DNA of 64,000 bases, from the NCBI GenBank assembly GCA_050273025.1, contig CP158635.1, positions 5,394,001 through 5,458,000 on the forward strand. The letters are read 5' to 3'. The DNA is from Cenococcum geophilum (Eukaryota). Below are positions 1-12,087 of this stretch, piece after piece (the first letter of the stretch is position 1; the number at the start of each line of letters is the position of its first letter). The translations under genes were made by a program, and so were the position numbers. The notes beneath the pieces are model-generated. The model made no database searches and was not told the DNA's origin. It saw only the letters and a program-made list of their open reading frames with translations.

Positions 1-1
1 T

Positions 2-805
2 GGAGGGGAACTGTTACACGTGTATCGATCCTCGTATCAGGATACTAGCTTTCATATCACTATTTGCCAGAGCCAATCTGCCGAGATGAATGCATACAAG
101 CGCTTCCTTGATCCCTCGATCGATGAACGAGCTAAAATCACTTCGAAATATACTCGCAAGGTTTCATTGCAAAACTATTTCACAGTTGGGGATGAGTACT
201 ACGTTGACCCTTGCTCAATCCGACATACCCGAGGAGAGTGCTACAATGCCGGAAATCCTTCTCTTCATTTGAGCCTCCTTCGTGTGTGTAAGCAGATATA
301 CGACGAAGCAAGATTAGTGCCTTATTTTGCAAACACTTTCGGGTTCCAAAGTGCAGATACATTCAATCTTTTCATCTCGACCCTCACGCCTTCAAAGCGC
401 AGTGCTCTTGAGAGGCTTCATTTTACAAGGAATATTCCAAACATAGGATTGAACCAAATCAAATTACCGGATCCGCCCCTAATGGGCCTCAAATCTTTGC
501 ACCTCTCTCTTGAGAATAAACCAAATTATTCATCTAAAGCCTCTCTTATTGAGCCTAACAATACAGACATTTGGATCCGGGACATTCTTCTCCTGGATCG
601 ACGGTTACTAAAAACAGTGACTGTCATCTTCAGCGATCATCCATCTGTCGTTCGCGATTTCAAGAAAAGATTCCAGCTCATAGAATCACCATCATCTGGG
701 CAGAATCTTGACGATTGGCTAGAAGAACGAGAGCATCGATTCCTGACAGCGAATCAGAAACGAGACATAGCGGAGCGAATAAGGACCCGGCTTCTGAAGC
801 CATGA
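2..805 (+). CDS. Fungal hypothetical protein, DUF7730-like (5'-partial)
   Basis: The frame is open from the window start (GGELLHVYR...). The motif LSLLRVCKQIYDEARLVPYFANTFGF resembles the 'LLRTCRQIY.EA...LY..N.F.F' signature of this large fungal family. Confidence 0.6.
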   Translation, partial: GGELLHVYRSSYQDTSFHITICQSQSAEMNAYKRFLDPSIDERAKITSKYTRKVSLQNYFTVGDEYYVDPCSIRHTRGECYNAGNPSLHLSLLRVCKQIYDEARLVPYFANTFGFQSADTFNLFISTLTPSKRSALERLHFTRNIPNIGLNQIKLPDPPLMGLKSLHLSLENKPNYSSKASLIEPNNTDIWIRDILLLDRRLLKTVTVIFSDHPSVVRDFKKRFQLIESPSSGQNLDDWLEEREHRFLTANQKRDIAERIRTRLLKP

Positions 806-1578
806 AACGGCTGCATAATTGATGAGCCTGCTTGGGAATTTCTAGAGACGAAGCGCTGGACGATCGGACATTATGTAAGTTAGAGTTGAGTGGATATATA
901 TCACCAGTATTCCGTAGTTAGATCTTTCTTATTGTATATTTTGGGTCAGCGTACCACACAAAAGTATATTGTTTAATCACTGTCCCTTGCGTTGCATCAC
1001 ATCCATTCCTAACACACCACCAAACCCATTTTGAGTGATATAATTACAGCCGTATCGCGCACTTCATCGCCAGTGTGATGTTTAAGGAACTCTAGGCCTG
1101 AAGTATATCAAAGCATTTGATGATGAGGTAGCATCGGAGTAAGAAAGCAATAGGAGAAGAACAGTTTCTTCATTGCGACAAATTAATGTATCACACAGAA
1201 TGCGGAAGTACCGTCGTTAGTAACAGTTGTTGCCCGAAGAAAGATCAGGACGTCCAAGGTAGGTATAACCTAGCCTTCAAACGTGAAGGCTATAATGCAG
1301 CTTCCTCTTCCATACACTGACTTGCACCTACGTCACGCGCAAGTGACTGACCTGATAAGCATTCATTCACATACCTGCAGACCTTTTCTGCTTCTGAAAC
1401 ACGTCCGTTACCTAAGATTCACCTGGCTTCGTGGTAACTTACTGAACCATTCACTGATCAGATTAGCTTCGTTCGGTTCTTAACCAACCACCTCATCTCC
1501 CAGAGACCAAGCCCTGAAATCCCTAGATCTCTAGTTTTCCCATATCTCTCGCAACTTGCTGGTTTAGCCAATTCAGCC

Positions 1579-2697
1579 ATGGCCTCTAGCATGGGCTCGC
1601 TAGGTCGGCACAATAATTACGAGAGGACTTCGGCTGAGAAGAATAAAGATTGCCAAGGAGGGCCTGCTAAGAGATGGTATGCAATCGGATTCTTCAAACC
1701 AGCATCGCATCAAGCAAAGAGAGTCACCCTCAGAAAAGCCGAGCAGCAGAAGAAGCTCTCAAATATACTTGCCCCTTCTGCACAGGAGAGTGTCGGCCCT
1801 GCTGGAATACCTTCACCTACATCGGTAACGTCGCTCACTCAGACTAATGGAAGTGCTCCACCTAGGCCAGTTAGGCCTTCTTCAACTATCATACGGGACG
1901 TACATACATGGCTTGATTCGACCGTAATTAGACCATCTCCTGGGGTTATGGGAGGCATACCATACTGGCAAGACCCGTCCACCTTTTCTTCCAACCCTTC
2001 ACCCTCCGACGTCCAATATGCAGTTCCAATCGTGAACCACTCGCGCATCGAATCGGATGGTTCGGAAACTTTCTCAGAGAGCCATCGGCGTCATCGGATC
2101 AGATTCATCGCTCGTAGTCCTCCGAAAGTGCACGTGAGGATGCGTTCAATGCCGCTTCTTCCTTCTCAGCATCACGAGCGTGACACTTCCTCATCGGCAC
2201 CAAAACACCGCTCTAAATCGCTCATGGCCCTCCTGTCACGCTCAACTATACAAGAGTTGCCAACGGCTGATGCATTAGAAGTAGTGGCTGTTCAGGCGAA
2301 TCGTCGGAATATTCTGAGGGGTACACGTCGTTGGGGTTGGATGAAAAACCTATGGGTTTCACATGGAGATGAGTTAGTATTGGTTGCTCAGACTGGCGTC
2401 TCCCGTGAGCGGCTTCCAGGAGCGGATGAGTCTTTGGGGGCGCTTATTTCCAGCATGATTCATGAGGATTCAATGGGAAATCTGTCAGAAGTTCCGACAT
2501 ATCACTCTGGTGCGCCTCCACCGTCCTACCGAACCTATGCTACCTCTATCCGTTCAATGTCGTCGTTTGGATGTATCGATGGTCTTCGAAGTCCGGATGG
2601 GACCCGGCGCCAGGGCAGCAGTCGGAAGCGCGGCATGAAACGCAAGCTCGAAAATCTGGCAAACCGGCTGCACCACATGAAAGACTCTAGAAATTGA
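1579..2697 (+). CDS. Hypothetical Ser/Pro-rich protein
   Basis: 372-aa ATG ORF of normal composition with C-terminal PTYHSGAPPPSYR...SSFGCIDG. No domain recognised; an intron is not excluded. Confidence 0.6.
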   Translation: MASSMGSLGRHNNYERTSAEKNKDCQGGPAKRWYAIGFFKPASHQAKRVTLRKAEQQKKLSNILAPSAQESVGPAGIPSPTSVTSLTQTNGSAPPRPVRPSSTIIRDVHTWLDSTVIRPSPGVMGGIPYWQDPSTFSSNPSPSDVQYAVPIVNHSRIESDGSETFSESHRRHRIRFIARSPPKVHVRMRSMPLLPSQHHERDTSSSAPKHRSKSLMALLSRSTIQELPTADALEVVAVQANRRNILRGTRRWGWMKNLWVSHGDELVLVAQTGVSRERLPGADESLGALISSMIHEDSMGNLSEVPTYHSGAPPPSYRTYATSIRSMSSFGCIDGLRSPDGTRRQGSSRKRGMKRKLENLANRLHHMKDSRN

Positions 2698-3663
2698 GAT
2701 GGGGCGGCAAGTTTCAAGAATCGACGGTTACGAGTTGTGTAGACAGGGGAGAGATAGTTGTGGAAATCGATAAATCCTAAAAGGGATTGTGTGTATGTGA
2801 ACGGGTACGTACATGCAAGGGTTCATGCATCTACATGCTGACTGCCGCTGCATAGAATCTTCTATGAGGCATGCATGAACGCTGTCAATGCAGTTCTATC
2901 CTGTAAGGCAGGATGGGGCCAATATTTCTTGTTTCTTTACACTTTAAGACTGTTGTCTTTCCATGTGGTCTTTCGCTACTGATGGCTGTCAATACGGAGC
3001 GAGCCAATATTTCCTGATTAAGGACTACTCGGGACGGGTACTTGCAGATGGAAAATTGAGAAAGTTCGGCTTGTCCCTAGTATTTGCAGTTTCGCTCCGA
3101 AAAATGTCTTACAAGTCATAATCAGAGTGGATGGGTTTCATGAATCTGGCTTTGTAAAGCCCAGGTGCAGGAAAAGCACTTTGTGCTTACTTGTTAATTG
3201 TACATAGAGTTCACGAATTGATCAATCAGACGATGCCACAAAGGCGTTGAGCAAGCACGGTAGACAATTGAGTAACAGCGGTGAAGGCAATTCACGCATT
3301 CACGTATGGAAAGCATGGAAAGTATGGAAGTGTTGTGTGCGACTGTCTTTTCATAAGGTGGCAGAGTGCCATGTGCTTTTTTCGCGCGGAGGCCCTTCTG
3401 CACGACCTCACCGCCTTCCCTCTCAATTGGCGCAAGACCTCAACCAACATTGGGCTCCTGCTAGGACACGCTGTACTACTCCCTTACTTGTCCCGCAATT
3501 GATCCCATGGCTGGCCGCTGATGCAGCGGCCTTCTTAATCAGTCATTGACCCGCCGAATCAAGCTTGAGCTGCGCGCTGACCCGCGAGCGCCTCTTTTGT
3601 TCTTCGTCCCTCAGGAAGACCCTAAGCCTGCGAAAGCCACAAAAGACCTGCAGAAAAGTAAGC

Positions 3664-5421
3664 ATGGCACCTCCCTCTCAGGATGCTCAGTCGCAGCCGA
3701 GACGGCCAGCCGTCCTCGCAAGGCATCCTTCTACCTCCTCCTACATATCGCAATCTCCCTCCGATGGGCATTCCTCTTCGCACAGAGCAGGTCCTCACAA
3801 GCCTCAGAGACATATCGTTGGCCAGAGTCGCATGGGCCCAAGGAACGCTTCCGTTGGCAAGAATCTCAACAAGTTAAACAAACTCACTCAGACGCACGGG
3901 GGCGATGGCACCGCCGGTGCCAAACATCACCGTCGTTCTCATTCCGGCAACTCGACTTCGACACCAACTAGCCCCCGCCTAGGTGTGAAACGCAATGCTT
4001 CGACAGTCGGGATCGTGAAGAACTCATCCCACACAGTCATAAGAAAGAACCATTCTAGCGGACATCTCCCACGACAGGGATCTACGAAGAACATGTTGAA
4101 GACAACTAAGAGCGAGATAGCACCCCCCAAGCGCTCACTTGCGCAACCAGGAAAGGCGCGTCACCAGTCACCAGACGCCCCTCACCCCACAGTGCATTTT
4201 GATATAGGGAATGAAGAGGGCCATGAAGAGGGCCATGACGATGCCTGGACGGAGGAGAGTGCGTCGCAGTCACCTACCACCACCCGCTCGAACACCCGCT
4301 CGAACTCAGTCATATTCGAACCCGGCAAAGACGTGCAGACTTCTGAGACCGACAATGAAGCTTCCGAATCAACGGAGACGGAAATCCAGAATCTAAAATA
4401 TCACACACCTCCCTCGCCGCTAACTCGCCACCAGCCTGAGCGCTCACACAGTAGCCGCCAGACAAACGGAGGCAGTTCGTATCATCAGTCACGACCGCCT
4501 GACGCGGATATGATTACTTCTCGGCTATTACAGCGCAGTGCCTCCCAAAACCTCCCCCCGCAAATGTCGTCAATCTCAGCAACGGTAGTATCAGACTCTC
4601 ACGATGCTCGGTCGCTGAGCCACAGTCAAGGATCAACCCTGGCAGATACGCCCGGTAAAGACCTAGTCTCACGCTTCATGGACGGCGATGGATCGGCAGG
4701 CACACCAAAGGATAGCAACTTCCTCCCATCGCGAAGTTCACCAAAGGCGCAAAGCGGCGACCTTGATGCGCAGAAATGGAACAGGTTAGCGCCAAACATG
4801 ACGGAACCGCTGCACGCGTCGCATTCTAGGTCACAGTCTCGCCGCTCAGGAACGAGTACGCCTACAGATTTACCACCATCTAGGACCCAGCAAAAGTTGC
4901 TGCTGCAGCGCGCGTCGTCGAACATTGAGCCGCAGAAGCTTATCCCGGTCATCCTACCCCGAACCGGAGGGCCAACATTGCTGCAATCAGGAATGACATA
5001 CGCAGCGACTAGCGAAGGGCGCATAGATCCCCGGCTCCAGCAGCAATTCAATCAAGTATCACTCGAGTATAAAGTTGTCCGACGGTTCCGTAACCCGCTA
5101 GCTGATGCCATCGCACGTATCGATCAGATTCCAGGCTCCCCTCGCAAAACAAAAGTGCCAAGATCACCAATGACGAACGGTTTCGTAAACGTTAATAGTG
5201 GGGAGGGACTCGCCTCGAGTTTTCGCGAGTCCAGCAGCGCGGGAGAAGGGGCGGATCGGCGAAGATCAAGAGCAAGCCTTGAGGTGGCACGCGGGGTCGG
5301 GGATGACGGAGATGTTGAGGGTAGGCAGAGTTTCGGAAGCGACAGTGGCAGGGTTCGTAATGAAGCGGAAGAAATCTGTCGCCGGCTATGGGAGAGCACG
5401 GAGGTTGCTGAGGGCGACTGA
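3664..5421 (+). CDS. TCO89: TORC1 subunit Tco89-like protein
   Basis: ATG at 3664 (MAPPSQ...). Low-complexity protein with SRTQQKLLLQR and EYKVVRRFRNPL motifs, which I recall as typical of the Tco89 family. Confidence 0.7.
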   Translation: MAPPSQDAQSQPRRPAVLARHPSTSSYISQSPSDGHSSSHRAGPHKPQRHIVGQSRMGPRNASVGKNLNKLNKLTQTHGGDGTAGAKHHRRSHSGNSTSTPTSPRLGVKRNASTVGIVKNSSHTVIRKNHSSGHLPRQGSTKNMLKTTKSEIAPPKRSLAQPGKARHQSPDAPHPTVHFDIGNEEGHEEGHDDAWTEESASQSPTTTRSNTRSNSVIFEPGKDVQTSETDNEASESTETEIQNLKYHTPPSPLTRHQPERSHSSRQTNGGSSYHQSRPPDADMITSRLLQRSASQNLPPQMSSISATVVSDSHDARSLSHSQGSTLADTPGKDLVSRFMDGDGSAGTPKDSNFLPSRSSPKAQSGDLDAQKWNRLAPNMTEPLHASHSRSQSRRSGTSTPTDLPPSRTQQKLLLQRASSNIEPQKLIPVILPRTGGPTLLQSGMTYAATSEGRIDPRLQQQFNQVSLEYKVVRRFRNPLADAIARIDQIPGSPRKTKVPRSPMTNGFVNVNSGEGLASSFRESSSAGEGADRRRSRASLEVARGVGDDGDVEGRQSFGSDSGRVRNEAEEICRRLWESTEVAEGD

Positions 5422-6893
5422 AGCGATCACTATCACGGGCATCTGGAGAAGTTGACCGCAGGACTCGCGATGCATCGCTTTCTGTTCATGCCTTCTTTCA
5501 TTCTTACAGGTACATACAGCAAACTGTACAGTAATGTAATGTGGGTGGCCATGAGCGTTACAGTACTAGCGGTGAGACTTTGGGAATTTGGATATGGGAT
5601 GGCTGGGCTATTTTCTCGAGCGAGCCATTTAAGGTGCCTTCTGCCATCACAGCTTCATTTGCATTATCTTGTAAACTAGTCTACCTACCAACCGGCATGG
5701 CCAACAGGACAGGACAGTAGGACATCATAATCTCATGTACAGGAGAGAAGGGTTGCTGGAGGGAATTACGGTTTATGACCTCGACCAATGATAGGGGCGG
5801 CTAATGATGTTACTCGAAATCGCATCACGGCGAATTGCCGTTTACACTTTTTAATTCCCACGGGCACGTGAGATTGCAATAATGACAGCGGTGACGTGAC
5901 ACAGTAAAAGGCCGCGAGAGACGGAGAGAGGGTAGCTGGGTGCGACGCCAGTGGTTTCCCGACTGCCACGTACTATTTTGGTGAGGGTTTTTGCATGCAT
6001 AGCCCTGGCACGGGTCACGAAAATAGAGGCGGGATTTGCTGGGCTCGTTTCATCATCCGAAAAAGTGGCAGTGAACTGTCGTGTCAGGAAGATAGTTTGG
6101 AGGACGACTGGTGATGAGGAACTGAATGGTTAGAAATGAAGATGTTCGCGCTCGGGTTAGACCGTCAGAAGACTTCACGGGGCAGGATGATGATAGAGGC
6201 GTGGAGCGGGCTGGGAAATGGGAAGGGGGTTGAAAATTGGGATAATTTGTGGGTGACGATCTCCTCCGCGTGCATGGCTGGCGTGCTTCTGCAAGTTTAC
6301 CGTCCCGACATTGGGTGCAAAACCCCCGAATTACAAGTTAGCGCCGGTTGGGCTTGATTGGCACAAAGGGATGCGTGAATGTGAAATTGCTCATGGGTAT
6401 CTTACCTAAATCCACTTCCCACCCCAGTTTTCTTCCCTCTGCCTCTCTTACAAGCGCCGCATCGTCACCACCAGTTGCAAAGCTCTTGCTCTGCTACAGT
6501 CACTCGTTTGATCAATTCTCAGGCAGCGCCTTGCACACACGTTCTTTCTGTGAAAGTCTCACTCCCGTTAACACCACTGTCGCTGTCGCAAACCGTCGCA
6601 TCTCAAGCTCAAGCACAAGCACAAGCACATACCGCGCGCATCGCACACGACTCTGTATAGCCCTATCGCAGCTTCACTAGACGTACAGTTCAGCTTCGGG
6701 GACCCCTTCTCCATCATTGTCGAACATTAGCCAGCTTCAAAGCTCGAATAAACAAGCATCGTCAACAATCAGCTCTGCACCAGTCGCATTCATTCCAGAG
6801 CCGCTCCATCGGAAGCCCATACCATCATCGCGCATACATTCCAGAAACCACGTGAACACCATTTAGCCAAATTACGCTGTCATTACGGTCGAA

Positions 6894-7250
6894 ATGCGCT
6901 ATCCGGCTTCACAGTCCCTTCTTTTCTTCCTGGCTCTTCCGGTCGCCTTTGCCCAAGACACAAGTGTATCGACCTACTTCACAACACGTACTGTCTACCG
7001 TGTCATCACTGAGACACAGACTGGTACGCCTCCCTCGAGCGTTGTGAACACGACTTCTACGGTCCTCGTATCCTACGGCCCTATTCTTCCCGTCACCTCC
7101 GCCGCAAACTATACCGTGAGTAGCACCGGCGTAGGTCCCACCGTTGTCGGCCCAACTTCAACAGCAACCTTCACTGGCGCGGCGTCGCACATGAACGTGA
7201 ACGGCGTCGTCGCAGGGATAGCCGTCGGCCTGGGCTACGCATTGCTATGA
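6894..7250 (+). CDS. Small secreted Thr/Ser-rich, probably GPI-anchored cell-wall protein
   Basis: N-terminal signal peptide (LLFFLALPVAFA), Thr/Ser-rich body, and FTGAAS omega-like site followed by a hydrophobic C-terminal tail. Confidence 0.8.
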   Translation: MRYPASQSLLFFLALPVAFAQDTSVSTYFTTRTVYRVITETQTGTPPSSVVNTTSTVLVSYGPILPVTSAANYTVSSTGVGPTVVGPTSTATFTGAASHMNVNGVVAGIAVGLGYALL

Positions 7251-8757
7251 CCCTCTTGGCTCCCATGCGGGGATCCATGCTAGTGAATCTCTTCTTCTTT
7301 CCAATGCGACTTGTCGCAGCACCTTGATTTCAGTTACCATATATCTAGGGGGAAGATAACGATGCTCGGAGCGTTCTTGCGGGGAAGAGGAAAGGTTTGA
7401 TGATATGTGTTATGCAGTCTCCGTTCAATGTCCCAATTCAATTTCAACCCCTCAACATTACCGTACCGCTTTGTATTCCCCGAAACCACCACTCTTGACG
7501 CTTGCTGGCCCTTTGGAATCATTGCGCTTTTCATTTCTTGCACCGACCTTTTTGCATATGGATGCGACTCAAGAAAAGGGGTTTGCTCGCGCATCCTCTG
7601 TAATTTTTTTTCACTTCTTCAAGTAACGGAGGATCCTCTTACGAAGATGTTTTTATCCCAAGGAGCGCGCGAAACGGACGCTTGCATACTTTTTTTGCTT
7701 GCATTTGCTTTCAATTCGTGTCCTAGCGACGAACGACACTTCCAAATAGTGGAGCTAGTTTGGTGATACCCCCAGTTTTGTTTTTGATTTGCTTCTGTAC
7801 TTTTTTGATTGCTTTTGGACGAGTGTCTGTGGTTAGTGAAGGCTTGGATGATGGGCATAGCAATGATTAGGTTCGCTGATGTGCTAATGGTGAACTAATG
7901 TATCCGGCTGTACTTGTAGGATGAACTCTTTAGCTGCATTTGTTCGTAAGGTTACCAGCTGTGCGCTCGCCTTCTTTCATGATACTGTGCTACCCGCCCA
8001 CGCTATTGACAGGCGTTCAGCCACCCTTGCTGTCGCGCCTAGAGCTCAGTCCGCTCTCAGTCTCAACCTCACTCAGTTTCCGTGGCGATACTAATTGCAC
8101 TAAATGCAAGCTCCAACCATGGCCACATGGTGTTGCTCCGTATGACTCGCTGTTAGACTAGAGCGCGATCTCATTTCATACCATGGATTGCCTCGTAACC
8201 CGTGCTACGATCGGGGTTACCTCGTTTCAAGTACAGTACAATCCGCACGGAGATGAATACTCCGCAGGGCTGACCCCAATCTCCGTAAGCGAATCTATAT
8301 GACGCGATATCCTCCGACCGGGTCTTTGGGTGAGACAGTGATTAAGATGTCGATGGGCGGATGAGGCGCCGGGGCTAGAGACATCGCGTGCGTGGAATAT
8401 CTGACGGCGCAAGCAAACCAGGACATTGGTGAAGCACTGTCTATTTTTTGCACGTGGGAATGTCTGATGAAACCCATGGAGACTCGATGCTTATTCGGGA
8501 GAATTCAACCTTGGCCACGTGGATTTTTGCTCAGACGCTCTTGAAGCTACGGTATGTGCTTCCTAACAGGCCCTTCTAATCGGCCAATGTAGAGAAACCG
8601 CACGAATATGTAGAGGGATAATTCGAAGGGATGTTCATGGTGTGTTGATATTCAGTTGTCCGCATGCGCTCGAAAAGGGTTGCTATCAAATCCAGTAACT
8701 TCTTGAGTAGATAGATTATTTACACCACATAATCACCACCTATTTCCCTTAAGATCC

Positions 8758-10386
8758 TCAACTTCTAAACAACAGGAGGCTTTGCTCTGCTAGATCCTCC
8801 TCGTCGCTCATATCTTCGTCGTCCTTTTCCATCTCCTCACCCAGCCCCATCCTCCTCCCAAACAAACTTCCAAACAACTCATCGGCTTGCCTCTCACCCC
8901 ACGCTCCTCGGTCCTCAGGCGCCATAAAATTCTGCAATTTCTCATGTACGGTGTACCGTAGCTTTCTCCCCTTACTCGCCCTCGTGTCCACAACCCGCTT
9001 CGTTTTCGCCTCGCGAGCTGCCTGCCATGGTGCCTGAGCAATGAATTCGACGCCGTTGTTACTGCCAGTAGATACATCCTGCGAGCGCTGCTCGAGTAAC
9101 TCTTTAAGAAGGAGACCATAAAAGTCCGCGTCGTCGTATATGTCAGTTGCTTCAGCAAGGCCAGCAGCGGACTGGACGGGGGCGCAGGAGCGCGGGGTTC
9201 GTGTCCGTTTGATAAGGCGAGCATAGTCGGAAAGATGAGTGTTGAGGACATCGGTGATGGTTTGCTGCGCAGCTGCAGAGTTGTTTAGGCGCCGAGAATG
9301 GGGAATTATCGCTGCCGGGCGTGACTTGGCGGACCACTTTTCAAGAACGGTGCGCCGGTTGGGTATGTTCTGCGTCTCCGAGGTTTGGATTGAGGCCCAA
9401 ATCGCAGACGACAGGGTGGAAGTGGTAAATGCAATTGGCCGCTTGCGTTTAGTGCCGGTACGGGTTGCGTCAAGGGTTGAACGGAGGTTGGATAGTGTCG
9501 TGAGGAGGTTCAGAGCAGCTGTTTCAGCAGCATGTATAGCTTCACCTCCGAGTTTAAAAGCACCAGTAGTGTCTTCGGAAGCGGGAGGAAAGGAGTTCGT
9601 GGATATTAAAGCCTTTTGTAGCCGTATTCGGGAGTTCAGGAGAGAATCGAATGTGCTACGCTGAGCTTTCACTGCCCTCCCTTTTTCTGCGTCTGCCTTC
9701 GCTGCTTGTGATATAGTGGTAGCTACATTTTTCTGCTCTTCGTTCATAATCTTCCGTAGGTTGGCGCGATTCGTGATAATATCATTTTGATCCTCTTCGC
9801 TGACACTCGCGTCGTCCTTATCTTCATTCTCATCTTCTGTATCTTCAGATTCGGTCGCCCCACCGTCCTCTTCCATGCCATCCTCTTGGTCTCCGTCCGA
9901 AATCAATGAATCCTCACCATTCTCGTCGCTTTCCACGTCGCTCTCCTCTATGCGATCAAGTCTTACACCATTGACTCTCTTAGAAACACTGTCTGATTCT
10001 CCTTCGCTGCTCTCCGCATCAAAGCCCTTGGCAAAAGGATCATCGCTGTCGTCATTCAAAGCGATATCTCGACTAACCCGAGAGCCTTCATACTGAGGTC
10101 CCAGTGGGACAACGTCACGTTTCCGAAATTTACTCTTCCTGTCTTCTGTTAAAAGTTAAGAACCAATCAGCGATTATACCGGTCAGTACCCAACATTCAT
10201 GTAGTGTTCCCTCCCATCATGTGCATCTTCTACGCTCTGTTCGTCTGAGGTTCCATCACTGTCACTAGGCGCAGGATCAAGCAGTTCCTCGGGGTCAAAA
10301 TCTGTTCTCAGCTGTCAGAAAGTATATAAAATGTTGAGAAATCAAGGCAGAGTTTGTATATCACCTTGTGACCTGGGCTTTTTCAT
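8758..10386 (-). CDS. BFR2: Bfr2/AATF rRNA-processing protein (3 exons)
   Basis: Spliced N-terminus MKKPRSQ|DFDPEE...GREHYMNVG|KSKFRK...LGPQYEGSRVSR, an acidic tract, and C-terminal IYDDADFY...VDTRASKGRKLRYTVHEKLQNFMAP. The start codon is my best estimate. Confidence 0.9.
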
Positions 10387-10519
10387 TTTGTAGAAGGTTG
10401 GTTAATTTCGTATTCGACCTTCAAGAAATTTCGTCGGCCTATCGGCGGTTCGCTCGGACGATTTTCCAAACCGACGTCTAGCGATGAACGCCGACTAGCA
10501 ACAACACCAAGATGAGAAA

Positions 10520-11665
10520 ATGAAACGACGTCTATTTTCCACTTTACACCGCCTGCAACATGGAAATCCATTGGTAGTGCTGCCAATTTTAATATCCAAA
10601 CCTGACTAATTCTGGAAGGGACTCCCGCGTTCTGGCACTCCTCAATTTCCACGGATGCAACGGGGACTCCCGCAGCAGCGAAGCATACGCGATGTGAAGA
10701 AAGTCGTTGCTGTTTCCTCTGCCAAGGGTGGAGTGGGGAAATCTACAATAGCTGGTGGGTCTGTCTTAAAAAACAGAAAAATGGGCATTTAGCTACAGCC
10801 ATTCTTTCTAACGACCTGATCGCAGTTAACCTTGCCCTCTCCTTCGCTCGCAATGGCTATCGAACAGGTATTCTTGACACCGACATATTCGGACCCTCAA
10901 TACCCACCCTCTTGAACCTTTCCGGTGAACCTAGGTTATCCTCGAGTCAGTTCGTGCCTCGATCTTCTAGCCTAACCCTCTAGAGTAACTAAACTCACAT
11001 TGCTGTCTCCAAACTAGACAACCAACTCATTCCTTTATCCAATTATGGCGTCAAGTCCATGTCTATGGGGTACTTAATCCCTGAGGCCTCACCCGTAGCG
11101 TGGCGTGGCTTGATGGTTATGAAAGCTCTACAGCAACTTCTGCACGAAGTCGACTGGGGGGGACTGGACATTCTGGTGCTGGATCTTCCTCCAGGGACGG
11201 GAGATGTACAATTGACAATAACACAGCAGGTCAAATTAGATGGTTCGTGTACATCCATTACTTCAATTGCTGATTTCTAGGCTTCTTCGGAAAGGACAAT
11301 TAGCCTAACCTCGGATAGGAGCCATCATAATTTCGACTCCGCAAGACCTTGCTTTGAAAGACGCTATTAGGGGCGTAACCCTTTTCCAAAAGGTCTCCGT
11401 CCCACTGCTCGGCCTCATCTCGAACATGTCATCCTTCGTGTGCCCCACCTGCTCTTCCTCACATCCAATTTTCGGCTCCTCAACACACATTGTCAAAATG
11501 TGCAGAGAACATAACCTGCGCTTACTAGGCGAAATCCCGCTTCATCCAAGCATATGCGAAGATGCAGATCGTGGAAGGCCGACAGTTGTTGCTGAACCCG
11601 AGAGCCAGCACGCGAGGGTATTTGAAGAGATCTCCAAAACTGTGAGAGAGTCATTGGGGTTGTAA
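10520..11665 (+). CDS. IND1: Mitochondrial Mrp/NBP35-family P-loop NTPase (Ind1/NUBPL), complex I Fe-S assembly; multi-exon
   Basis: Presequence-like [60 protein letters not shown] and CPTC motifs; GT-AG introns. Confidence 0.9.
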
Positions 11666-12087
11666 TGAATTTGTGTTATATGGACTGTATTACATAAAGT
11701 GTAGTCATTTCAATAAATAATCTTTAAAACTGGTGCTAGAGGTTTGTATACTTTGGGGTGGTTTTATGTTTCATGGACCTAAATTATCCAGCACTCGTAC
11801 TAACCTTGAATCCCTGACTAATTCCGTGAAGGCTTACACTTTATACTAAACTTGCGATTATAAGTGGCCGACAATTATGGTAGGTGTAGACTTTTAATAC
11901 ATAGGTTAAACCACATGCAAGGCATTCCTTCAGGCTCGCATGGATCAAGCCAGGTATCCCCACAAAAACCTATTTGCACATATACGCAAAACTAAGATGG
12001 AGCCAATTTGGATGCTTTAATGTACTTTCTTCAATACTGTTGTCTTGGCTTCTCTGATGTTTATCATTCCCGTTAAAATCTTCCAAC

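Noticed and set aside
3565..3663. TTG-started N-terminal extension of the TCO89-like ORF
   Set aside because: An ORF-finder alternative start; the first ATG at 3664 is the plausible eukaryotic start.
5452..8480. Many 60-120-aa ORFs around the GPI-protein gene
   Set aside because: Mostly non-ATG starts, overlapping on both strands, with no motifs; consistent with UTR/intergenic DNA.
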